Shown here: positions 37,233 to 49,220 of the stretch, piece after piece
Layout of the letters: each line of letters opens with the position of its first letter
How positions within the stretch are numbered: position 1 is the first letter of the stretch
Assembly (NCBI GenBank): GCA_018062205.1
Contig: JAGOSP010000001.1
Coordinates: 34,810 to 98,809 of the forward strand
Direction: 5' to 3'
Length of the DNA: 64,000 nt
Origin: Candidatus Moraniibacteriota bacterium
Lineage (GTDB): Bacteria; Patescibacteriota; Minisyncoccia; Moranbacterales; UBA1568
Position numbers and translations under genes: made by a program
Notes under the pieces: model-generated
Databases searched by the model: none
What the model was told of the DNA's origin: nothing
What the model saw: only the letters and a program-made list of their open reading frames with translations

Positions 37233-38732
37233 ATGCCAAATCCTCTTATTGAAGAATTAAAAAAACAGATTAGCGAATTTCATCATGAACCAAAAGCGGA
37301 GGCGATTGGTACTGTGCTTGAGGTGGGTGATGGAGTAGCTCGCGTGTCGGGTCTCTCTGGGGTCATGGTTTCTGAAATGATTGAATTTGAGAATGGCGCT
37401 TACGGAGTTGCGTTGAATCTCGAGGAAGGAGAAGCGGGTGTGATGCTCTTGGGCGAAACGGGAGATATTCGAGAAGGAACCATCGCCAAATCAACCGGAC
37501 GTATTCTTTCAGTGCCAGTATCTGATACGGTGATTGGGCGAGTCGTGAATGCGCTTGGGGCTGCTATTGATGGAAAAGGAAAAATTGAAGCAGCTCAATA
37601 TTATCCAGTAGAAAAAATTGCGCCAGGGGTAATTACTCGACAGTCGGTTAATCAGCCACTGCAAACCGGTATTAAAGCTATAGATGCCTTGATTCCGGTT
37701 GGTCGTGGTCAGCGTGAGCTCATTATCGGTGATCGCCAGACCGGTAAGACCGCTATTGCAATTGATACAATTATCAATCAGCGTGGTCAAGATGTGATTT
37801 GTATCTACGTTGCTATTGGACAAAAAGAGTCGAAAGTAGCACGCATTGTTGCTGAACTCGAAAAGGCAGGGGCAATGGAATATACCGCTATCGTGGTAGC
37901 TGGGGCGTCGGAAGCCGCTGCGCTTTCTTTTATTGCTCCGTATGCAGGGTGTGCATTGGGGGAATATTTTATGGATCAAGGGAAAGACGTTCTTGTGATT
38001 TACGATGACCTTTCGAAGCATGCGGTTGCCTATCGCCAAATTTCCCTTATTCTCCGTCGTCCACCAGGACGCGAAGCATATCCGGGAGATGTCTTTTATC
38101 TTCACTCGCGCTTGCTTGAACGGAGTGCCAAACTGAACAAAGATTTTGGTGGAGGATCGATTACCGCTCTTCCTATTATTGAAACGCAAGCGGGTGATGT
38201 CTCAGCTTATATTCCAACCAATGTTATTTCTATCACGGATGGGCAGATCTATTTGGAAGCAGATCTTTTTTATAAGGGTGTGCGTCCAGCATTGAATGTC
38301 GGGCTTTCGGTCTCGCGCGTAGGTTCGTCAGCACAAATCAAAGCAATGAAGCAGGTGGCTGGAACACTCCGTCTTGACCTCGCACAGTTCCGTGAGCTGG
38401 AAGCTTTCGCGCAATTTGGCTCGGATCTCGATGAAAAAACTCGCTCGCTTATTGAACGTGGTCGTCGGGCAGTGGAGATTTTGAAGCAGCCTCAATATGC
38501 GCCGTTGCCGGTTGAAAAAGAGGTGGCTATTCTTTACGCGCTGACTCGCGGGTATCTCGATGATGTGAAAGTGGATGACCTCGCACGTTTTGAGCGAGAG
38601 TTTGTCGCCTATTTTGAGACACTTGGAAAAGAAGCTATTGATGGCATCATAAAGGAGCGAGCTTTGACACCCGAGGTAGAGGAATCGCTGAAGAAGCATA
38701 TCGGAGAGTTTAAGCAAACGTTTGCAGCGTAA
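37233..38732 (+). CDS. atpA: F0F1 ATP synthase subunit alpha
   Basis: Walker [10 protein letters not shown], 499 aa, highly conserved alpha-subunit sequence. Confidence 0.95.
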   Translation: MPNPLIEELKKQISEFHHEPKAEAIGTVLEVGDGVARVSGLSGVMVSEMIEFENGAYGVALNLEEGEAGVMLLGETGDIREGTIAKSTGRILSVPVSDTVIGRVVNALGAAIDGKGKIEAAQYYPVEKIAPGVITRQSVNQPLQTGIKAIDALIPVGRGQRELIIGDRQTGKTAIAIDTIINQRGQDVICIYVAIGQKESKVARIVAELEKAGAMEYTAIVVAGASEAAALSFIAPYAGCALGEYFMDQGKDVLVIYDDLSKHAVAYRQISLILRRPPGREAYPGDVFYLHSRLLERSAKLNKDFGGGSITALPIIETQAGDVSAYIPTNVISITDGQIYLEADLFYKGVRPALNVGLSVSRVGSSAQIKAMKQVAGTLRLDLAQFRELEAFAQFGSDLDEKTRSLIERGRRAVEILKQPQYAPLPVEKEVAILYALTRGYLDDVKVDDLARFEREFVAYFETLGKEAIDGIIKERALTPEVEESLKKHIGEFKQTFAA

Positions 38733-38789
38733 GAATTTTTCTCGAAAGAGCATTTCTCAATCAATCTCTTGCATAATCAATAGCACTGT

Positions 38790-39707
38790 ATGGCTTCAAT
38801 ACGAGACATTCGAAGACGTATTAAAGGGGTGAAGGCCACCGGAAAGATTACACGCGCGATGGAGATGATTTCGGCGGTCAAAATGCGTAAAGCTGTTACT
38901 TCAGTTTTGGCTATTCGTCCTTATGCAGAAAATGTTATTCAGGTGCTTCACCAATTAGCGGTAGTTGGAGAAGATCACCCGCTTCTTGAAGAGCGTCTGG
39001 TTTCCAAACAATTGTATGTGGTTATTACATCCAATCGTGGATTGTGCGGGGCATTCAATTCGCAAATTATCAAACGCGTTCGAGCCATTCTTCATGAGGA
39101 TGCTGGTCGACAAGCGGAATTCATTACTATCGGAAAAAAGGGAGATGCAGCAGTGCGACGGCTGTTGTCTACCCCTGCCAATTCTGGAGTAGGCAGTGAA
39201 ATCATTGCCTCGTTTCCAGATGTGCTCGGAACACCTTCAGCAGAAGGCGTTCGCCCAATTGCAAAAATACTCATCGAAGCTTTTGAGAGCAAACGTATTG
39301 ATCGCGTTGTTATGATTTATACGGACTTCAAGTCAATGTTGTCACAGGAGGTAAAAGTGCGCGCACTCCTGCCTGTTGTTGAAAAAGATGTCCAGAAAGC
39401 ATTGAATGAGATTGAACACGGTGCTATCAAAGAGCGCGTGTTGACTTCAGAATATGTGATTGAGCCATCACCGAAAAAGGTACTCTGGAAAATGATTCCG
39501 CGCTTGCTCGAAATGGAACTCTACCATGCCTTGCTTGAGAGCAATGCTTCTCAGGAGTCTGCACGCATGATGGCCATGCGCAATGCAACCGATGCGGGCA
39601 AGGAAATGGCCGCGAATCTTACGCTTATGTACAACCAGATCCGTCAACAGAAAATTACTCAGGAAATTGCTGAGCTTTCAGCAGGGATGGCAGCGGTGTC
39701 GAAGTAG
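38790..39707 (+). CDS. atpG: F0F1 ATP synthase subunit gamma
   Basis: N-terminal MASIRDIRRRIKGVKATGKITRAMEMISAVKMRKA and C-terminal ITQEIAELSAG. Confidence 0.92.
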   Translation: MASIRDIRRRIKGVKATGKITRAMEMISAVKMRKAVTSVLAIRPYAENVIQVLHQLAVVGEDHPLLEERLVSKQLYVVITSNRGLCGAFNSQIIKRVRAILHEDAGRQAEFITIGKKGDAAVRRLLSTPANSGVGSEIIASFPDVLGTPSAEGVRPIAKILIEAFESKRIDRVVMIYTDFKSMLSQEVKVRALLPVVEKDVQKALNEIEHGAIKERVLTSEYVIEPSPKKVLWKMIPRLLEMELYHALLESNASQESARMMAMRNATDAGKEMAANLTLMYNQIRQQKITQEIAELSAGMAAVSK

Positions 39708-39748
39708 TGCAAAAAAATGATAATTTGAGAATATATCCAAACCACTAA

Positions 39749-41152
<1,404 letters not shown>

Positions 41153-41163
41153 GAGCAAAATAT

Positions 41164-41604
41164 ATGCCTATCAAATTTAAAATTGTGACTCCCGAAAGGA
41201 CAGTTTCCGAAGAGGAAATCTATCAAGCGACCCTGCCGATTGAGGGCGGTGAGGTGACCTTGCTTCCAGAGCACATGCCGTATATTGGTTCGCTTCAAGC
41301 TGGGGAAATCCTTTTGCGCCATGAGATGAACGGAGAAGAGACATTGCTGGCTACTTCTGGTGGTTTTGTTGAGTTTCATGACAACATATTGGTGGTTTTG
41401 GCCGATACAGCAGAGCGGGCCGCAGATATCGATCTCGCTCGAGCAGAGGAGGCGCAAAAACGCGCACAGGCCCTCATGGCAGAGCGTGTGCATATTGATG
41501 ATGAAGAATATGCTCGTGTGGCTGCTGCTTTGCAAAAAGAAATGGCACGTGTTCGCGTGGCACGCAGACACCATAGTCAGGGCGGGCAGATGCAGAGTCT
41601 CTAG
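41164..41604 (+). CDS. atpC: F0F1 ATP synthase subunit epsilon
   Basis: Position after atpD, N-terminal beta-sandwich MPIKFKIVTPERTV. Confidence 0.85.
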   Translation: MPIKFKIVTPERTVSEEEIYQATLPIEGGEVTLLPEHMPYIGSLQAGEILLRHEMNGEETLLATSGGFVEFHDNILVVLADTAERAADIDLARAEEAQKRAQALMAERVHIDDEEYARVAAALQKEMARVRVARRHHSQGGQMQSL

Positions 41605-41687
41605 ACTTTTTCTCTGTAATTGTCTTTGTGGTTACTGCGCTCGCTTGCCTTTTCCTGGTTCGCATGTTATCCTCTTTTGACAACTAA

Positions 41688-41762
41688 GAAAGTCCGACGT
41701 GATTCCCGCCTGGTTTCTTGAGAACAGGATTAGGAATCACAATACTCCGTCCCGAGACTTTC
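41688..41762 (+). promoter_or_regulatory. Nested inverted repeats in the rpsF 5' leader; candidate S6:S18 autoregulatory leader structure
   Basis: GAAAGTC...GACTTTC enclose GTGATTCC...GGAATCAC, about 75 nt, lying 60 nt upstream of the rpsF ATG. Confidence 0.3.
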
Positions 41763-41821
41763 TTTGTTGGCGGAGCTTTCGTTTGTTATAAGAGAGTTTT
41801 ATTTCTTTAAGGAAAAACAGT

Positions 41822-42331
41822 ATGGCGCTGGAATACGAGTTGTTTTATTTGGTCGGGGAGAAGAAGGAGGCAGAGCTGCCGCAGATTAAGGAAACGGTTG
41901 CTAAATTAGTCACGGATTTTGGAGGAACATTTCTTGAGCCAGCCACTGAAGAGGCTCGGAAATTGGCGTATGAAATTCAGGGTGAAATTCGGGGAACCTA
42001 TATTGCTCGTCGTTTTACACTTCCAGATCATGATGAAATAGAACGTGGGATAGATGAAATTCATCCATTGAAGAGCATTGAGAGAGCACTGATGCTTTCT
42101 AAGCAAGTGCTGAGATTTATTATTTTACGTGCTGATGATTTGCCTGAGCTGAAGGCGATCGAACGAGAAGAAAAAACAGTAACCGATAAGAAACTTGGTC
42201 GCGGAGAGCGTTTTCGAAGCGCTGGTCGACCAGTGAAGGATACGCCGGTGATTCAGGCTAAGCCAACTCCAGCAGCTCAAGCGGTTTCCGAAAAAGATAT
42301 TGATCAGCAATTGGAATCATTGGGTATATAA
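41822..42331 (+). CDS. rpsF: 30S ribosomal protein S6 (with C-terminal extension)
   Basis: MALEYELFYLV...GEIRGTYIARRF...LRFIIL. Classic rpsF-ssb-rpsR arrangement. Confidence 0.9.
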   Translation: MALEYELFYLVGEKKEAELPQIKETVAKLVTDFGGTFLEPATEEARKLAYEIQGEIRGTYIARRFTLPDHDEIERGIDEIHPLKSIERALMLSKQVLRFIILRADDLPELKAIEREEKTVTDKKLGRGERFRSAGRPVKDTPVIQAKPTPAAQAVSEKDIDQQLESLGI

Positions 42332-42377
42332 GGGAGTGGTGGTGTGTAAGCCAAAATTCATAAACAACAATATACTT

Positions 42378-42875
42378 ATGAACGTCAACAAAGTTATTCT
42401 CGTTGGTCGTCTGACTCGTGATCCAGACATGAGAACAACTCCAACCGGGCAGTCCGTTGCGACCATTGGAATGGCAACGAATAATCACTGGACCGATAAA
42501 TCTGGGCAGAAACAAGAGAAAACAGAATTCCATACCGTGGTATTGTGGGGGAGATTGGCTGAGATTGCTGGGCAATATCTGACGAAGGGGCAAGAGTGTT
42601 TTGTGGAAGGGCGTCTTCAGAGTCGTGCTTATACCGATAAGGCCGGGCAAGAACGGAAGACGACAGAAATTATTGGTGAGACTATGCAGCTTGGCTCACG
42701 AGCTCAGAGCGGAGGGCAGGGAAGCGGGAGTTATTCGCCAGCATCGAATGCTTCGCGACCAACTGCGGCAACGAAGCGTCCGGCGTCCGCAGCATCTTCT
42801 ACGATGGAAGAAGAAATCCCGACTATCAATCTCGATGATGAAAAGGAAATTCGTATTGAAGATGTTCCTTTTTAA
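42378..42875 (+). CDS. ssb: Single-stranded DNA-binding protein
   Basis: OB-fold N-terminus MNVNKVILVGRLTRDPDMRTT...FHTVVLWGRLAE, Gly/Ser-rich linker, acidic tail DDEKEIRIEDVPF. Confidence 0.92.
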   Translation: MNVNKVILVGRLTRDPDMRTTPTGQSVATIGMATNNHWTDKSGQKQEKTEFHTVVLWGRLAEIAGQYLTKGQECFVEGRLQSRAYTDKAGQERKTTEIIGETMQLGSRAQSGGQGSGSYSPASNASRPTAATKRPASAASSTMEEEIPTINLDDEKEIRIEDVPF

Positions 42876-42949
42876 ACCTCAATACGAAAGAAGTTCAAAA
42901 ATAGTAAGAAGAGAAGATTTATAAATCACCAGAGAATATTTTCATATCT

Positions 42950-43150
42950 ATGACACTAGAAACGAAGCAGCTGAAAAAGCTCGCACTTATTGACTACAAA
43001 GATGCTTATTTCCTTCGAAAGTTTATGAACTCACAAGGGAAAATGTACCCGCCGAAGAAGCATGGCCTTTCTGCAAAGCAGCAGCGTCATCTCGCTCAGG
43101 CAGTGAAGCGTGCTCGTTTTATGGCGCTTGTCCCATATGTCGTCAAATAA
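42950..43150 (+). CDS. rpsR: 30S ribosomal protein S18
   Basis: 66 aa, IDYKDAYFLRKFMNSQGKMYPPKKHGLSAKQQRHLAQAVKRARFMALVPY. Confidence 0.95.
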   Translation: MTLETKQLKKLALIDYKDAYFLRKFMNSQGKMYPPKKHGLSAKQQRHLAQAVKRARFMALVPYVVK

Positions 43151-43200
43151 AAAAACTGAAGAGAAACTCTTTTGAGTTTTTTTGACTAGTATCTTTCTTT

Positions 43201-43758
43201 ATGTTGAATTTGACTGAAATTAAAACAGGAAAACGGATTCTTTTTAATGAAGAACCGTATGTCGTACTCGATTACCAGCACTCGAAAATGGGCCGAGCCG
43301 GAGCCGTGCTTCGTACAAAATTGAAAAATCTTCTTTCTGGATCAACTATCGACCATACTTTTCAAGGATCAGATAAAGTCGATGAAGCTGAAATGGGTCG
43401 CGCGAAAGCACAATACCTCTATCGAGAGAGTGATGGTTTTGCGTTTATGGATATGTCGAACTACGATCAATTCTCATTACCGACAGATGTTATCGGTGAT
43501 TTGGCATTGTATCTTATTGAAGGAGTTGAAGTAGCTCTTTTGACATGGAATAGCACTCCAATTAATATCGAAATTCCGGTTAAAGTAACACTCAGAGTGA
43601 CAGATGCTCCTCCGGGCATTAAAGGAGATACCGCTTCAGGTGGAGATAAAATGGTGACACTCGAAACTGGTCTTCAGGTGACGACACCACTTTTTGTGAA
43701 AGAGGGGGATTCTATTGTTGTGAATACCGAAAAAGGGACATACGTTTCTCGTGCCTAG
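43201..43758 (+). CDS. efp: Elongation factor P
   Basis: 185 aa, KTGKRILFNEEPYVVLDYQHSKMGRAGAVLRTKLKNL. Confidence 0.92.
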   Translation: MLNLTEIKTGKRILFNEEPYVVLDYQHSKMGRAGAVLRTKLKNLLSGSTIDHTFQGSDKVDEAEMGRAKAQYLYRESDGFAFMDMSNYDQFSLPTDVIGDLALYLIEGVEVALLTWNSTPINIEIPVKVTLRVTDAPPGIKGDTASGGDKMVTLETGLQVTTPLFVKEGDSIVVNTEKGTYVSRA

Positions 43759-43914
43759 GGATTTTTTGGAGATACCGAGACAGTCTCTTTCTTTTCTGTG
43801 TTTTCATGATAGATGGTTGTTTTTTTTTTGTGAAAATGGCTCGTACATTATCCGTTGCGTTTTTACCAAAAAGAGGCTATAATGGACAGAGAAAGGCTTT
43901 AAAAAAGAAGAAAT

Positions 43915-46372
<2,458 letters not shown>

Positions 46373-46501
46373 AGCAAAAGAATTTCGACGATTGGGATTT
46401 TGTAAGCAAAGGAAGAGGATCTCTTCTCTAGTTGACGGAACAGCCCTGAAATGATAGGGTGGGGTTACTCTTTTTTCTGCTCTTTGAGCTATTTTTAAGC
46501 T

Positions 46502-46828
46502 ATGCCGCTTCCTCTGGAACAATTGGAGCCGCTCGCGCGCTGTCCGGTGTGCAATAAGAAGCATCGTCGTGGGTTGCGTATGCTCCCAATTGCCGAAGAA
46601 GAGAAACGTACGATGTTGCATCTGACTTGCGAACACTGCGGTGGGAAGACATTGGTAGCAATATCAGTGACGCAATTTGGGATGGTGAGTCTTGGTGTTC
46701 TGACCGATCTCGATCAATCAGAAGTCAAACAAATTTTCTCTTCCGAACCAATCTCGGCGAATCAGGTTATTGACGCACATCAGTTTTTCAAGCAATACCA
46801 GGGTGGTGTTGAGGAATTGATTGGGTAG
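46502..46828 (+). CDS. Hypothetical zinc-ribbon protein (108 aa)
   Basis: CPVCNKKH ... CEHCGG, two CxxC pairs. Confidence 0.45.
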   Translation: MPLPLEQLEPLARCPVCNKKHRRGLRMLPIAEEEKRTMLHLTCEHCGGKTLVAISVTQFGMVSLGVLTDLDQSEVKQIFSSEPISANQVIDAHQFFKQYQGGVEELIG

Positions 46829-46874
46829 AAGAAAAAAGATATTTTTATACTAATAATCGTTTGGAAATAATTGT

Positions 46875-47552
46875 ATGGCCGACACACTTTCTCTCTCAGT
46901 GCTTCCTCGTGAAGCAGCTGGAAAAAATCTGAATAGCTCCCGGAAGTCTGGTTTGATTCCAGCGGTGTTGTACGGGCGCGGTATTTCACCGAAGATGTTT
47001 TGGGTAAATATAATTGAGTTCGGTAAAGTTTTGCACGTGACTGGTGAGAGCACAATTTTTTCTTTGGTTGCCGGAAAGAGTGCTGCTCTTAATGTGTTGG
47101 TACATGATGTTCAATTGGATCCAATCTCAAATCGTGTCTCGCATGTAGATTTCTATCAGGTCGATATGGATGAAGAATTGGAAACTGATATTCCACTCGA
47201 ATTCATCGGTGAGGCGCCTGCAGTTCGTGAATTAGGGGGTATCCTCGTGAAGACGCTTGAGAGTATCGGAGTTCGTTGTTTGCCAAAAAATCTCCCACAT
47301 TCTATTGCAGTCGATATTTCAACTCTGGTGACTTTCGATGATCAGATAAAGGTTTCAGATCTCGCTCTTGGTGAGACGATTGAAATCATGACAGATGTCG
47401 ATACGGTACTTGCTTTGGTTGAGGCTCCGCGTACAGATGCCGATATGGCGGCCCTTGAAGTGAAAGCCGAAATGGACGTGACCAAGGTCGCTGGTGTCGT
47501 GAAAGAATCCGCTCCAGCAGTTGAGGTTGATAAGAAGGACAAGAAGAAATAG
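46875..47552 (+). CDS. rplY: 50S ribosomal protein L25 / general stress protein Ctc
   Basis: L25 beta-barrel N-terminal domain (LSVLPREAAGKNLNSSRKSGLIPAVLYG) plus a Ctc C-terminal domain. 225 aa. Confidence 0.88.
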   Translation: MADTLSLSVLPREAAGKNLNSSRKSGLIPAVLYGRGISPKMFWVNIIEFGKVLHVTGESTIFSLVAGKSAALNVLVHDVQLDPISNRVSHVDFYQVDMDEELETDIPLEFIGEAPAVRELGGILVKTLESIGVRCLPKNLPHSIAVDISTLVTFDDQIKVSDLALGETIEIMTDVDTVLALVEAPRTDADMAALEVKAEMDVTKVAGVVKESAPAVEVDKKDKKK

Positions 47553-47580
47553 ACTAACTTACTCAAAAAAACACAAAAAA

Positions 47581-47608
47581 CCATCCGTAAGAACGGATGG
47601 TTTTTTTA
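47581..47608 (+). terminator. Intrinsic terminator (AACCATCCGT-aaga-ACGGATGGTT followed by a T-run)
   Basis: 10-bp perfect stem followed by TTTTTTT, just after rplY. Confidence 0.7.
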
Positions 47609-47636
47609 TTGAGCTGCTGATCCTCTTAAAAAACTC

Positions 47637-47665
47637 TTGACTTTATAAAATAAGCGTGATATTAT
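47637..47665 (+). promoter_or_regulatory. Sigma70-like promoter TTGACT, 17-nt spacer, TATTAT for the orphan gene
   Basis: Seen directly. Followed by a UTR of about 110 nt containing the palindrome CAGAGTGCTCTG and an AGAGGAGGG Shine-Dalgarno. Confidence 0.5.
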
Positions 47666-47780
47666 ATTTTTTTCATACTAAGAGTGTATGATACAGAGTG
47701 CTCTGTTGAGACAGATTTAAAAAATAAGTAAATTCAAGAAAGAGGATGTAGAAAATTTCACTGAAAGAGGAGGGCTCGAT

Positions 47781-48227
47781 ATGGTATTTGTGAATGATCT
47801 TCCAGAAGAGGTTTTAGTGGCCATGAACGATCCTCACGCGGTCAATCTCGGCATAGCAACAAGTTTTGCTTGGTGGGGACCTCCAACGTCTTCACGTTGG
47901 TTCCATCCGGGAATAGATCTGATACGCAGACATATACCGGTTGCTGTTGTTGTGGAGACTCTGAATACGTATGACAGTTCAAAAAAACTCAGACGATCTC
48001 CATTGCAGGTGACCAGCTGGGCGCAGTTCAAGGCAGGAACAACGAAAAAAAGACTGTACCCGGTTTTCGGAGAACTTCTCTGCTATCTCGCGCAAACATT
48101 GGGAAGGAAGATTTATGTCACCCATGTGCAAGGAGCTGGTTCTCCTAAGTCATTTCTGGCGGACCGGGTATTTTGCTATCTTCCTGATGGGGCGGAGGAA
48201 ATTATTTTTCGTGCCCCTGATCAATAA
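47781..48227 (+). CDS. Hypothetical protein (148 aa), orphan transcription unit
   Basis: Strong Shine-Dalgarno AGAGGAGGG, its own promoter and terminator, no recognisable motif. GC-richer than the flanks. Confidence 0.45.
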   Translation: MVFVNDLPEEVLVAMNDPHAVNLGIATSFAWWGPPTSSRWFHPGIDLIRRHIPVAVVVETLNTYDSSKKLRRSPLQVTSWAQFKAGTTKKRLYPVFGELLCYLAQTLGRKIYVTHVQGAGSPKSFLADRVFCYLPDGAEEIIFRAPDQ

Positions 48228-48261
48228 AAAGGTTGTCTCAAAAAAGAAGACCTCCTGGGCA

Positions 48262-48298
48262 TGTCCACTGGCTAGCATAGCAATGCGCGCCAGTTTTT
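48262..48298 (+). terminator. Intrinsic terminator (CTGGC...GCCAG followed by T8)
   Basis: Hairpin followed by tttttttt, downstream of the orphan gene. Confidence 0.5.
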
Positions 48299-48370
48299 TT
48301 TATCACAAAATGAGATGCCTTTTGTTTAAAAAGAGAGTGCACTTCAAGATTGAATCTACAGCTACAAACA

Positions 48371-48399
48371 TTGACAGAAATTATAATATACGCTATAAT
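48371..48399 (+). promoter_or_regulatory. Perfect-consensus sigma70 promoter TTGACA, 17-nt spacer, TATAAT
   Basis: TTGACA at 48371-48376 and TATAAT at 48394-48399, with an exact 17-nt spacer. Confidence 0.65.
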
Positions 48400-48406
48400 A
48401 GATATT

Positions 48407-48568
48407 CAAGAAAGTGGATTCAGATTTCTGCCCGAGGGTCCGATGGAGGAACCCTCCTACCTCCCAAGGCTTAATTGTGGGAAAGACAGCTTGCTGTTTG
48501 ACACACGCCTTCCGGGCGGAAATCCGAATCTACTTGAAAAAAACTGTCCGCAAAAGGACGGTTTTTTT
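48407..48568 (+). ncRNA. Unassigned small structured RNA of about 160 nt, delimited by a consensus promoter and an intrinsic terminator (candidate 6S-like or novel sRNA)
   Basis: An 18-bp terminal helix is possible between 48416-48434 (GGATTCAGATTTCTGCCCG) and 48513-48530 (CGGGCGGAAATCCGAATC). Internal hairpin GAGGGT...ACCCTC. Terminator CTGTCC-GCAAAA-GGACGG followed by T7 at 48544-48568. No plus-strand CDS downstream. Confidence 0.5.
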
Positions 48569-48596
48569 GTTGCCTTTTTTTATGCGCGTTTCGCAG

Positions 48597-49190
48597 TCAA
48601 GAGATTCTTTGCGAAGTACCCAGTTGTCCAGAAGAAATTTTGGCGATAAGACCGGGGAGGGAGGAGAAGAGAGACTCAAGAAGGATTCTTTCGGCGGCTG
48701 GAAATTTTTCGAGAACGTAATCATGAGTTGATTGGCAGGTAGACGGCGCGATATTTGGTGATTGTGACGATGTTAATGGTCGACCAATACCTAGGCGAAT
48801 ACGGAAAAAATCTTGAGTACCCAATTGGTCGATAATATTTTGGACACCATTGTGTCCTGCGGCACGGGAAGACGCAGTGGTTTTTGTGAGACCAGGGGCG
48901 ATATCAAGGTCATCGTGAAGGACAATGATATCGTTTGGAGTTAATTTGTAGTACTGCATGAGCAAATGGACAGTTTTTCCGGATTGGTTCATGAAGGTAT
49001 TTGGCTTGATAAGCAAATACTTTTCTCCATGGACAGTCCCGATGGACATCTCGGCATGGAAACGGCTTTCTTGATGAAAATTTTCAAATTTGAAGTGTTC
49101 GCAAAGGAAATCAAGTGCCCGAAAACCAGCGTTATGACGTGTTTGCAAATATTGTTTGCCCGGATTTCCAAGACCAATAATGAGTTTCAT
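48597..49190 (-). CDS. pth: Peptidyl-tRNA hydrolase
   Basis: MKLIIGLGNPGKQYLQTRHNAGFRALDFL is the canonical Pth N-terminus, with catalytic His in HNAGF. Confidence 0.92.
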   Translation of the reverse strand: MKLIIGLGNPGKQYLQTRHNAGFRALDFLCEHFKFENFHQESRFHAEMSIGTVHGEKYLLIKPNTFMNQSGKTVHLLMQYYKLTPNDIIVLHDDLDIAPGLTKTTASSRAAGHNGVQNIIDQLGTQDFFRIRLGIGRPLTSSQSPNIAPSTCQSTHDYVLEKFPAAERILLESLFSSLPGLIAKISSGQLGTSQRIS

Positions 49191-49220
49191 AGTGTAGGAA
49201 ATCTAGTATCAAGAAGATGA

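Noticed and set aside
37509-38189. 226-aa minus-strand ORF inside atpA
   Set aside because: It is antisense to a highly conserved ATP synthase alpha-subunit gene. The translation is low-complexity with no ribosome-binding site.
48407-48568. Assigning the sRNA as SRP RNA (ffs)
   Set aside because: A long terminal helix is present, but I could not find the domain IV hallmarks: a GNRA tetraloop flanked by the AGCAGC and GG...A symmetric-loop motifs. So the SRP call is not supported by what I can see. It is left unassigned.
48350-48731. Plus-strand track ORFs (99 and 105 aa) overlapping the unassigned sRNA and the 3' end of pth
   Set aside because: They span a promoter and an intrinsic terminator, have no ribosome-binding site, and their translations are not protein-like. 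The region is better explained as an ncRNA followed by the convergent pth.
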